Shown: positions 31,998 to 42,610 of the stretch, piece by piece | How positions within the stretch are numbered: position 1 is the first letter of the stretch | Layout of the letters: every line of letters begins with the position of its first letter | Source: an uncultured Chthonomonadaceae bacterium | GTDB taxonomy: Bacteria; Armatimonadota; Chthonomonadetes; Chthonomonadales; Chthonomonadaceae | Assembly: GCA_963817895.1 (NCBI GenBank) | Contig: CAWFQB010000001.1 | Coordinates: 320,001 to 384,000, forward strand | DNA length: 64,000 nucleotides | Direction: 5' to 3' | Notes under the pieces: generated by a model | Database searches by the model: none | Seen by the model: only the letters and a program-made list of their open reading frames with translations | What the model was told of the DNA's origin: nothing | Translations under genes and position numbers: made by a program

Positions 31998-33130
31998 ATG
32001 GCGAACGAAGAACTATTTCAGCCGCTGCAACTCGGAGCCTTGACGCTGCCGAACCGGATTATTCTGGCCCCGCTGACGCGCTGCCGCTCATCGGAGGGCC
32101 GCGTCCCGAACGATCTCATGCGCGAATATTACGTGCAGCGGGCGTCCGCCGGATTGATCGTCAGCGAAGCGACAAGCGTGACGGCAATGGGCGTCGGCTA
32201 TGTGGATACTCCCGGCGTGTGGTCGGATGAACAGACGAACGGCTGGCGCAAAATCACGGACGCGGTACACGCGGCAGGCGGGCGCATGTTTCTGCAATTG
32301 TGGCATGTAGGGCGGCTGTCGCACCCGGATTTTCTGGACGGAGCCACGCCGGTTGCCCCGTCCGCCATTGCCTGTCCCGGCGACATTCGGCTGCCGGGTA
32401 ACGGCCACGCGCCGTATCCTGTTCCCCGCGCCCTCGAAGCCGACGAGATACCCGGCATTATTGAGGAGTACAGAAGGGGCGCGGCAAACGCCAAACGCGC
32501 CGGGTTCGATGGCGTGGAGATTCACGGCGCGAACGGCTATCTGCCGGATCAATTTTTGCGCGACGGAACCAATCGGCGCACGGATGAATGGGGCGGCTCA
32601 CCAGAAAACCGGGCCAGATTCCTGCTGGCGGTCACGGACGCGGCCATAGAGGTTTGGGGCGCGGATCGTGTGGGCGTTCACCTGTCGCCGCGCAACATGG
32701 AGCATCACGGCATCGCGGACTCGATCCCGCAGCAACGTTCGGCTATGTGGCTCGCGAACTCGGCAAACGCGGCATCGCGTTTCTATTTTCCCGTGAGTCG
32801 GTCGAGGGCGGGCCGCGCTATACGCCGCCCCTGAAACCGATTTTTGGCGGAGCAGTAATTTCCAACGAGGAGTTTACGCCCGGTCAAGCCGTACAGGTGT
32901 TGAACCGGGGCGAAGCGGACGCGATCTCCTGGGGCAAGCTGTTCCTTGCTAATCCCGATTTGCCCGCCCGTCTGAAGCAGGATGGGCCGTACAATACGCC
33001 CAATCCGGCCACCTTCTACGCGCCGGGAGCAACCGGCTACACCGATTACCCATTCCTGAGCGACAGCGAAGAAGCCGATGAACCGCATTTGTCCCCAATG
33101 GCAGAGCGCGAAACGGCGGGAGTACGCTGA
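31998..33130 (+). CDS. Old yellow enzyme alkene reductase (NemA-like), frameshift near 32720
   Basis: APLTRCRS, QLWHVGR, EIHGANGYL, ANPDLP, GYTDYP. Confidence 0.9.
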
Positions 33131-33203
33131 CAATTGGGCAGAATTACGCGCGGGCAGTAGATGGCAAAGATCTGCTACCCTGCGCAACGATAGAAGGGAA
33201 ACC

Positions 33204-34214
33204 ATGATGAAGACCAGTTTGCAGGCGTTGAATATGCAAAAGTTAAATCGGCGCGAAATGATTGTCGCCGGGGTTGGACTGACTGTAGGGCTGGCATTAG
33301 AAAGCGGTTCGGGCATGGTGTCCGGCGCTTTACCTGCCTTGCCCGCGCCGCCGGACTTCGACCACGATGCCATTCAGACGCTGAAATTGTCCGACACGCT
33401 TTCCGTGCTGATGGGCATGGGCGGCAACATCGCCGTTTTGACGGGCGAGGATGGCGCGCTTCAGATTGATTCGGGCGTTCCTTCCCGCGCCGCCGACATT
33501 GCGCAGGCCATTGCCGCCCTTTCGCCCAAACCCGTTGCCACGCTGATTAACACGCACTGGCATTATGACCATACCGGTGGCAATGAAGCGGTTGGTAAAG
33601 CGGGCGCGCGGATCGTGGCGCAGGACAATACGCGAACACGGCTGGCGACAGCGCAACGGATTGACTTCATGAAAATGGATGTTCCTCCTCTGTCCAAACC
33701 CGGTCTGCCAACCCTGACTTTCGCCGATAGCGCGACAGAATACGCCAATGGCGAGAAACTGGTTCTCGCGCATGTCGCGCCCGCCCATACAGACACGGAC
33801 ATTTTCATTTACTTTCAGCAGGCCAATGTGATTCACGCGGGCGACCTGCTGTTCAACGGCTTTTACCCGTTTATTGACTATTCGAGCGGCGGCTGGATTG
33901 GCGGCATGGTTGCGGCTGCCGACCATCTTCTTGCGGCGGGCAATGCGCAAACGCGCTACATTCCGGGGCATGGCCCGATGGCAAGCCGCGCCGACGTGCA
34001 GAGTTTTCGTTCCATGCTGGCAACCGTACAAAGCCGTATCGCGCCTCTGCGGAAAGCGGGCCAAAGCGAGGCGCAGGCCGTTGCCGCAAAGCCAACGAAA
34101 GACCTTGACGCGAAATGGGGACAGGGCTTTCTCAACGGCGATGCGTTCACCGGTCTGGTATATCGCGGGCTTGCGCAGCACAGCCAAACCAAAGCGCGCC
34201 TGAGCGGAACCTGA
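33204..34214 (+). CDS. MBL-fold metallo-hydrolase with Tat-like signal
   Basis: NRRE signal, THWHYDHTGGN, AHTDTD, IPGHG. Confidence 0.9.
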   Translation: MMKTSLQALNMQKLNRREMIVAGVGLTVGLALESGSGMVSGALPALPAPPDFDHDAIQTLKLSDTLSVLMGMGGNIAVLTGEDGALQIDSGVPSRAADIAQAIAALSPKPVATLINTHWHYDHTGGNEAVGKAGARIVAQDNTRTRLATAQRIDFMKMDVPPLSKPGLPTLTFADSATEYANGEKLVLAHVAPAHTDTDIFIYFQQANVIHAGDLLFNGFYPFIDYSSGGWIGGMVAAADHLLAAGNAQTRYIPGHGPMASRADVQSFRSMLATVQSRIAPLRKAGQSEAQAVAAKPTKDLDAKWGQGFLNGDAFTGLVYRGLAQHSQTKARLSGT

Positions 34215-34234
34215 GCGCCTATTCTAATAAATTT

Positions 34235-34329
34235 CCCTTCTCCCAAAGGTTGGAAGAAGGGGCAGGAGTTGAGGGCCGATAAGTTCCCCTTCTCCCAACT
34301 TTAGGAGAAGGGGTTAGGGGTTGAGGGCC
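34235..34329. repeat. Two REP-like palindromes CCCTTCTCCCAA...GAGAAGGGG (a related copy lies near 9965)
   Basis: Tandem imperfect hairpins sharing a TTGAGGGC tail. Confidence 0.6.
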
Positions 34330-34345
34330 AATAGGAGAACATACT

Positions 34346-35363
34346 ATGAAAGCATACGCGATACAGGATCAATTCGGGCTGGACGCGCTGAAACCGATTA
34401 CGCTGCCCGATCCCGAAGTCGGGCCGGGACAGGTGTTGATACGGGTTCGCGCCGTGTCGCTGAATTACCGAGACTGGATGATGGTATCCGGGCAGTATAA
34501 TCCGAAGCAACCCCTCCCCCTCGTTCCGCTTTCGGATGGGGCGGGCGAGGTGGCGGCGGTTGGCGCGGGCGTTACCAGAGTCAAGGGTGGGCGACCGGGT
34601 TGCGGGCATCTTTACGCAGGCGTGGCTGGACGGCGCGTACAAGCCGGAATACTGGCGAACGTCCACGCTGGGCGGGCCGCTACCGGGGATGCTTGCGGAG
34701 TACGCGCTGCTGTCGGAACAGGGCGTCGTCCCTCTGCCGGAATATCTCTCGTATGAGGAGGGCGCCACGCTGCCCTGCGCGGCTGTTACGGCGTGGAACG
34801 GCCTGTTTGTGGCAGGAAATTTACAGCCGGGGCAAACGGTTCTGGTACAGGGTACGGGGGGCGTGTCGCTGTTCGCGTTGCAGATGGCGAAAATGGCGGG
34901 CGCGGAGGTGTTCGTCACGTCCAGCAGCGACGCCAAACTGGAAAAGGCGAAAGCGTTGGGCGCGGCCGGAACGGTCAACTACAACACCATGCCGGAATGG
35001 GGCGAAGCCGTGAAAGCGTTGACGAACGGCGTGGGCGTGGATTACATTATCGAAGTGGGCGGCGCGGGAACCCTGCCCCAATCGTTCAGGGCGGTTCGCG
35101 ACGGCGGGCATATCGCGGTCATCGGCGTTCTGGCGGCGGGCGCGGGCGACATCAACCCGGTTCCCATTCTGCTCAGAGCTTTGCGCCTGACCGGGATTCT
35201 GGTGGGCAGCCGCAAGATGTTCGAGGATATGAACCGCGCCCTGACTCTCAACAACCTGAAACCCGTAATAGACCGCGTGTTCGCTTTTGACGAAGTCGGG
35301 CAAGCATTGGCGTATCTGAAAAGCGGCTCACACTTCGGCAAAATCGTTATTCGCCTTGATTAA
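34346..35363 (+). CDS. NAD(P)-dependent alcohol dehydrogenase (MDR family), frameshift near 34585
   Basis: SLNYRD, SDGAGEV, TLPCAAVTAW, GTGGVS, HFGKIV. Confidence 0.9.
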
Positions 35364-35398
35364 GAAGCCCACCGGCCACCGACCGGCAAGACCTGTAC

Positions 35399-36385
35399 TC
35401 ATCTGACGGCACAGGGTTCTGTTTCGCTGTGGGCAACGGCTTGCGACGCGGCGGCTTGCCCCTGATAGACAAGATACTGCTTGTCTACGGGACACTTCCA
35501 GCCGTCGCGCATCCCGCGCAAAAAGTAGATGACGCGGTTTAGTCCGAACGGACGGCGCAGAGCCATAGCCGACCAGAGCGTAGGCGCAACGGCATACGCG
35601 CCGAGTTCCCACAACAGCAGGACAAGGGCCGCCGGGTGTCCGCGTTTGAGGGGCTTGATATGGGCCGCGCCAATGCCATAAAACGCATTGCAGGCCAGCG
35701 CGCGTCCCTCGGTCCAGTTGCGGAAGCCGTAGTGGTACACTCTGCTGTCACGCGATTCGTAGACATGGAACCCGGCAAGAACGCACCGAATGGTCATGTC
35801 CCGATCCACGCAGGCTTTGAACGAGCCGCCGGGGCAGAGTTCGGGGTCGAACCCGCCCAACCCGAGAATATGCCGCCGATTCACAACGGTATTGGCCCCG
35901 ATGCCGCGCGCCGACAGCTTTTGCCAGATGTTGGTGACGAGCCGATCCTGATTGACGTAGTAGGTGGGGATAAATCCTTGCAGCGGGTCGTGGTCTACGG
36001 GCAGCACATTGCCGTAGGTGATCGCCAGTTTCTCATCGCGGGCAAACGCCTGCACCTGCTGAATGGGCCAGTCGGCAAGAACTTCACAATCATCATCCGT
36101 AATGGCAACGAGGTCGTGTTTTGCCAGGCGCAAGCCCTCGTTCAGCGCCAGCCCTTTGCCCTGCGTGTCGGTGTGAATATAGCGCAGGCGCGGATCATCG
36201 CGAAAGGCTCTGAGCGCGTCTTCTGTGTTCGAATCGGAGGATTGGTCTACAATCAGCAATTCCTCGCAGCGCGTGTCGGCGGCAAGGATGCTGCGCACAG
36301 TGGGTATCAGGGAGCCGCCACGATTCCGGGTGCAAATCAGCACGGAAAAAGGGTCGCAGGTTGTAGCCGATTGCTGTAGTAGCAT
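35399..36385 (-). CDS. Family 2 glycosyltransferase
   Basis: SVLICTRNR, VDQS, TDDDC, GGFD. Confidence 0.9.
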   Translation of the reverse strand: MLLQQSATTCDPFSVLICTRNRGGSLIPTVRSILAADTRCEELLIVDQSSDSNTEDALRAFRDDPRLRYIHTDTQGKGLALNEGLRLAKHDLVAITDDDCEVLADWPIQQVQAFARDEKLAITYGNVLPVDHDPLQGFIPTYYVNQDRLVTNIWQKLSARGIGANTVVNRRHILGLGGFDPELCPGGSFKACVDRDMTIRCVLAGFHVYESRDSRVYHYGFRNWTEGRALACNAFYGIGAAHIKPLKRGHPAALVLLLWELGAYAVAPTLWSAMALRRPFGLNRVIYFLRGMRDGWKCPVDKQYLVYQGQAAASQAVAHSETEPCAVR

Positions 36386-36641
36386 GTCTCTCTTTTGATT
36401 ATATTTTACATGTCCCGTTCGCGCAGGGCGAACACTCCTCGGACGTTTCCAACGCCTATTTTCGGCGCGTTACGCGGCTCGCTGTAACCTCTTCCCCGAC
36501 ACGATGCGAACTTGTAAGGCAAACGTTCGGCTGCTTCCGGCGGCACTCCTGTGATTTTGACGAATAACCCGGTATATAAGTTCATATTACCAGAAAACGG
36601 GGAAATCGGTACGGTGAATCTACATTTTTCAGGGCTAACGC

Positions 36642-37061
36642 CTCTAAACGGAAAAAGAAAAGAGTATGTAGAGACAGCGTCGAAATATTGGCAATGCAGC
36701 GCTTTCAGCCCAGTGTCTCGTTGTGTCAAGTTTTTATGTCGAGGCGTCGTGACCTCCGTAGGGTTAAGGAGAACGAGTATATACAGGCATCATCCAGCAC
36801 CTCCCTTCCAGGTTAGATTGTTGTGAGCGCAGAGGAACTCCGCGCTTTCAACGGCCCGCCACCTGGCTATTTAGTAGACGCATGTTTAGACGAGGCGAAT
36901 ACAGAAGGGGGTTCGTTTATTTTGCTGTTTAACCAGAAACTTTTCTACCTTTTTTACGCGTTCCTGCTGGCTTTGGCAACAGGAAAAAGGAGCAGGCACA
37001 GCATGGGGGCGAATGTGCCACGACGAGATAGGTGTTGAGCATTTTAGATGCGCCGATCCTG
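36642..37061 (-). repeat. Copy A of a ~420-bp dispersed element (candidate sRNA or micro-ORF transcript)
   Basis: Homologous along its length to 59136-59566 in inverted orientation. Confidence 0.85.
36764..36790 (-). CDS. Candidate micro-ORF MPVYTRSP (copy A)
   Basis: SD GGAGGTG; ATG CCT GTA TAT ACT CGT TCT CCT TAA. Confidence 0.55.
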   Translation of the reverse strand: MPVYTRSP

Positions 37062-37953
37062 CACCCTTTTAGCTATGCGCTTACCGCGCTCCGCTTTTGC
37101 ATCCATTCTGCCGCCTGCTGCGTGGTCAATTTTTTGGTGATGTTGCCTTCGCGGGTGTAGATGTCGCCGTTCAGGTAAACGGGCGTGGCGGAGGGCGCGA
37201 CTTGCACAAGGCAAATCGAACCGCCGGGCAGGGGTTCGACGCGCGGCTGAACCAGGCCATGCGGAAGCGGCTGTAGGCGTTCCGTGACCATCTGGTTGAT
37301 CTTTTCGATCAGGCCGTTTTCATTTTTGTGGTTGCAATGGGGCAGGTCGCGCCCGATGCCTTTGATTTCGCCCTTATCGGATACGCCAATGAGCAGTTCG
37401 CCGCCCCCGGTGTTCAGAAACGCGGCGATCTCCTTCAGGCTCTGCCCCTTTTCGGCGTCTTTGGGATCGCCGGTGTAGGTGTCTACGGCAAGGGTTTCCT
37501 TGAACTCGATGCGCGCGCCTTCGCCTTCAGCGATGCGCCGCAGCAGGGGATGCGAAGTCCAGTAGCCGGGGGGCTGCGCCAGAACGTATTCGCACCGCGC
37601 CAGATGATCGGCGTATTCCGCTTTCACCTGCTCCATTACCTTTTGCGAAATCGCTAGTGTGTCGTAGCGGCGACAGAACCACAGTTCGATCTCGCGTATA
37701 TCTTCGGGTTCTAAGCCATACAGGGCGTAGGCAATTCGGTCAATTTCCTGTTGCTCGTGAAGATGATATGGGTAGCGTGGCTCTACCTTCTGCTTCTCAA
37801 TAATTTGTTCAACAAGAGTGGGAATGTTGGTACGAATAATTTCTTCAACAGAAGGAATTACAAGTTGCTTCATAACTTCTTCCGGAATGTGTCAAGGATT
37901 TTGAGACAAAAAGCGAAAGTATTTTTATGTAGCGAGCAGTCATTCCTCGCCAC

Positions 37954-39037
37954 TCAACCGGCAACCGGTGCTGTGCCTTCGCCAACGGGCAACGCAGGCG
38001 CATTGATCCAGACAACGTTGGGTAACTGCCCCGCCTGCGGACGCTCTCGAAAGCGTTGCGGATGCGCGGCATAGGCGTTATCTAACGTGACTTGCCGCTG
38101 CGCCAATACCTGCGTTGCTTCGCCGAAATGCACCTGTTCGGGCGTAAGCAACACCAAGCCGGTATGGTGGTGGCACGTATTGTACCCGACAAAGTAGTCC
38201 TGGCAGAACGTCTGCGCGTCTTCCTGGCTGCTAAAGCGCTCCGGGAAGTAGGCGCTGTACTTCATCGTTTTGAACCCGGCTTCCGAGTACGGGTTGTCGT
38301 TGCTGACACGCGGGCGGCTGTGCGAACGGGTCACCTGCAACGAAAGTAAGAGCTGCGCTACCGACTGGCTTTTCATCGGCCCGCCGCGATCCGCATGGAG
38401 GGTGAGTTGGTTAGGCGCGATGTTGTATTTACGACAGGTTTCTTGCAGCAGCTTGTGCGCCAGGTATTGACACTCCCGGTCTGCGAGCATCCAGCCGACC
38501 ACATAACGACTGTAGATGTCCATAACCACATATAAGTAATAGAAGCGACCCCGAATGGGCGTCTTCAAGTAGGTGATGTCCCATGTCCACACCTGATTAG
38601 GGCCGGTTGCCTTAAGTTCAGGTTTGCTATACGCCGGATGCCTGCGAACCCGCCGACGCTCACAGATGGCTTGGTGTTCGTGCAGCAGGCGATACATCGT
38701 GCGATAGGAAGCGTGATACACGCCTTCTTGCAGCAATTGCGCATACACCTGCCGGGGCGAAGCGTCTACAAAGCGTTCCGACAAGAGTAGATTGAGCAAC
38801 AGGGCGCGTTCCTCTTCCGACAAGCGGCGAGGAGAACCCCGTTGTGCTTTGGGAACAAGGACGCCTTCTTGGATTGTGCCCGTACCAGCGTGTTGCTCCC
38901 GGTAGAAGCGGGCGCGGCTCAGTTGCACCGCATCACAGGCGCGGCCAATCCCGGTCGTTGCGCCCGCTTCGGCAACCAGGCTTATTCGGGCGGCGTTTCT
39001 TCCAGTGTCAGGTCGAGCAAGGCCGCTACTTTTTTTT
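37954..39037 (-). CDS. IS3 OrfB DDE transposase (-1 frame to OrfA)
   Basis: WTWDITY, DIYSRYVVGW, HADRG, SNDNPYSE; frame open back to the A8 tract at 39030-39037. Confidence 0.85.
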
Positions 39038-39428
39038 GGAGTTCCAGCAGAACGCGCAGTTTCTGGTTCTCGGTTTCCAGAGCGGCCATCCTGCGGGCAT
39101 CGCGTTGGCGGGCGGCTTCTTTGTCTTTGCGCTGCTTCTGCGCCTGGGCAGAGTTCTTCTCGCCCAACTGACCCGCCTCGCGCAGTTTGCGGAAGTTGGC
39201 AAGCGTGGAGGAGTACAGCCCTTCGCGGCGAAGCAGCGCCCCCAACTCTCCCGGCTTGACGCAGGCGTCGGCTTCTTTAAGGATGCGCAGCTTGTACGCA
39301 GCGGTAAAGCGGCGGCGCGTGGGGCGCGTTTGCACCTGCGCCTCCGGGCGCAGCGCGGGGGAGGGCGCGCTGTGGTGTCCATTGTTGGTGAGGCGAGTGG
39401 TTGGGCTGTCTGTCAACGGCGTATTCAT
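38982..39428 (-). CDS. IS3 OrfA (HTH)
   Basis: RRRFTAAYKLRIL...GALLRREGLYSS plus leucine zipper. Confidence 0.85.
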   Translation of the reverse strand: MNTPLTDSPTTRLTNNGHHSAPSPALRPEAQVQTRPTRRRFTAAYKLRILKEADACVKPGELGALLRREGLYSSTLANFRKLREAGQLGEKNSAQAQKQRKDKEAARQRDARRMAALETENQKLRVLLELQKKVAALLDLTLEETPPE

Positions 39429-42400
39429 CTGAGAAATCCATTCTCCGCCCTGGCGATCTACACTATTTCGTGTACGGGATTTTGTCTCAACCTATTGTGG
39501 CACACAGGGTTCTGCGGTTTCGACACCATGAGAAATGTAGCACTTCAATAAGTAGCGCACTGCCTTTGAAGTTAATATGCCAAGTAGCGGGTAGGCATGG
39601 TTATCATCAAAGAACATTCCTGACCCTTTATTTCCATTGATTCCACCACAACCTATCCGAAACGTAGGACTGTATTTGCCCGTTGTTGAGAAAGTCAAAC
39701 CTTTGAGAAATCTAAACTCTGCGTTCGCTAAATCAGAGTGAGAACTCACTCTTCATATCCTGAACAGCATCATAAGACCAGTTGAGAACATATTCAGTAG
39801 GAACGAAGTAGTTGGGTAGCCAACCCTTCTTTGCCTCAGAAGGCCCTCCTTTATCAAATGGAACAAAAGATTTGTTGGCTGTCTTGATGCCTTCCCGCTT
39901 TTCTTCTTCTGTCAACCGAGCTATTTCTTCTTCAGACAAAACTTTATCAGGCTCGACAACAGGCAAATTGCTTCCGCGTACAGAATGATTGGCCTTTCGT
40001 ATATACTTTTCGTTGCTTCCCGTTTTGATGCCTGCGACAATCTTACAAAGACCATCATTGTTCCACTGTTTTCCACTTCGCACTCTACGATAGGTTTTAC
40101 CCAACCTAACGAACTCAGGAACGTCCAAACACCTGAAGGATACGCGGGGATCCTATAAAGAACGAGAGATTGTTGTGGGAAGCAATAAGGTTTTGCAAGT
40201 AGGTATAACGGGCGTATGTTGTCGCCTGTACATCTACTCCATGGGTAGCGACTGTACGCAGATTTTTGTCGAGTGTAGCCCAGTCTTCATCATCTACACT
40301 TCGCAAGTCACCTGCAATTAATGTGTGCTTAATCGTTGGCTTGGATTTTGTCAGAGTAAGAATACAAGTATTGACAGTCGCGCCAAAAATCCAATCTGGC
40401 AAGTCAAGGAGATGCGTTACTGTTGTTTGCTCAAGCAGACGCTTTCGTAAAGGGCGCTGTGTTTTTATAGTGCGCCACGTATCTGATACGATGAAACTGA
40501 ACTGCCCGCCCGTCCGCAGCATCTGCAAGGCCCGCGCCATGAACAGGCCATAGGTTTCTGTTGATTGCGCTCCGTCCGTGTGCCGGGTGAAATAGATGTC
40601 GCGCACCTTTTCTTCCACGCTCGCGCCGTATGGCGGATTGGCGATCACGATGTCGAAACCCGGCAGCGTTTTCTCCACCAATGCCTGCCCCATGTTCATC
40701 GCGCCGCCAACCGTGGTTTCGGACTCCTGCTCGGCAAACACTTCGGCAAACGTGACGCGCCAATCCAGCGAACCGGGCTGTGACGAGCCGACGAGATCGC
40801 GGATTTTGGCCTGTTCCCGCTGAATGTCCGCTTCCACAATGGCTTTGGGCCGGTCGGATACAAAGCGGCGGGGGCGGTAATACTCGTCGTGCAGTTTTTT
40901 CAGTTGCCGGGCGTGTTCGCTGTATCTTTCGCTTTGCATTCCCAGATTGGACGGGTCGGGGGCCGTAAGCGAGTCGCCCTGCTGAATTTTGAATTTCAGG
41001 TTGGGCAGGCTGACGTTCGGCTCGCCCTTCGACCAGTCCAGCGGGTCGGTTTTGTTTTCCACCATGAGCGACAGCCACAGACGCAGCATGGCGATGCTCA
41101 CGGCAAACGGGTCCCTGTCCGCGCCGTACAGATTGCGCTGAATGATGCCGAGTTTGCGGTCGTATCGGTCGGCTTCGGAAACGGGGTTCAGGCGGATTTC
41201 CAGCCGGTCAATCAGGGCGTCCAGTTCGTGTAACATGCCGAGCAGGTACGCTCCCGAACCGCAGGCCGGGTCGCAGACCTGCGCTTCGCCCACCATGCGC
41301 AGCAGGGCGAGGGCTTCCGGGTGCTGCAACTGTTCGGTTTCTTCGCCATCCACCAGCCGGGAGATTTTGGCGGGCGTGACGCTGTGGGGAACGCTGCCCA
41401 ATTCCACGCCGCTTGCCAGATAGCCTTTGAGGGCTTCGCGGCACATGAACGAAACGACGAGCCGGGGCGTGTAGTACGCGCCGCTCTCCTTGCGCTGTTC
41501 ATTCCGCGTCACCACCTTTTCAAACACCTGCCCCAGCATTTCCGGGTCTACCGCCACTTCCACATCGAGGGGCGTACTCTCCACAACCGTAAAATTGTAC
41601 CGCTCGAACAGGTTGAATACCGGGTCGAAAGCCTTGTTGCGAACGGTGATTTTGTCGGGCGGAACCGGGTCGTTGTTCTTGTCGAACAGGCCACCGTTCA
41701 AAAAGGGAATGTCGCCTAATTTGCTTTCCAGTTCCACCCAGTTGTCATACGCGGGGCGTTCGGATGTGGGCGTGTTCAATGCCTGAAAGAAAAGCGGCTG
41801 CAGGTACTCGTCGTAGAAGTTATGGCGCGCGTCTTCCGCGCCCTTGCCCGGTTCGGATTGGGCAAAATTCCACTGCCAGCGCAGATAGTCCTCGCGGCGG
41901 TACAGCCATTTCTTCTTTTGCAGAAACCAGCAGAACATCAGGCGGTTGAACAGAATTTGCGCGAACAGATGCCGCTCGTCCTCGTCCGGCAGGGCCGTGA
42001 GTTCCTGTTTGAAGGCGGTGAACGTGTCGGAATAATCCCTGTAAAAAGCGTCCGTGACCTTCTGTACATCAAAGGCTTGCGCCCACGCGCGCAGCCACGC
42101 CGCGCCGTCATTCGTATCCGTCGGCCATTTCAGATATTCGAGATTCAGCTTGCACAGCGTATGCAGATGCGTGTCGTTCCGCTTCCAATCGAAGCGGGCA
42201 ATACGCGCCTTGTGCCATTTGTCGCCCCGAAACTGCGCGAATGTAAAGCGTTCAAATGTGGAGGTGGCGCATACGAACAGTATATTCTCATGGGGAAACG
42301 AGGGGAGATTGGCGGCTTTATCCTTTTTGGGAACAAGGCCGTTCAGGACGCGGCGCAGGGGCTGATTGAAAATCTCCTCGTCGGTAAACTCGACAAAGAA

Positions 42401-42610
42401 AATGGCCCAGGGCTGCGCATCTGTGTAGGGCGCAATTTGCAAAACGCGGGCAATATGCGGTTCATCCTGCGCGTCCAATCCCAATTCATCCGGGAAGTAT
42501 TCATACGTATGCAGCGGCTCGCCCTGATTCCAACCCAACTCCTGCCGCAAAAACGCCCATAGCGTGTCTTCGCTTTGTATCTTCCTGACCGCCTGAATAT
42601 CTACCGCCAT

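Larger units (their letters stand above)
37888..39504 (-). mobile_element. IS3-family insertion sequence
   Basis: Imperfect terminal inverted repeats TGTG...TTGAGACAAAA; orfA plus orfB; no clear target duplication found. Confidence 0.85.
37073..42610 (-). pseudogene. Type IIG (Eco57I-like) restriction-modification enzyme with C-terminal AlbA_2/Schlafen-like domain; interrupted by IS3 and frameshifts
   Basis: PFLNGGLF, GAYYTP, DPACGSGAY and NPPY in ORF 40115..42610; continues in fragments 39733 and 39492, then after the IS in ORF 37073..37873 (EGARIEFKE...AFLNTGGGELLIGVSD). Confidence 0.8.

Noticed and set aside
36551..36826. Longer antisense ORFs over the duplicated element (36551..36826 + and 59308..59520 -)
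   Set aside because: The frame is not conserved between copies (indel, different ends). Only the 8-codon ORF on the opposite strand keeps its SD, start and stop.
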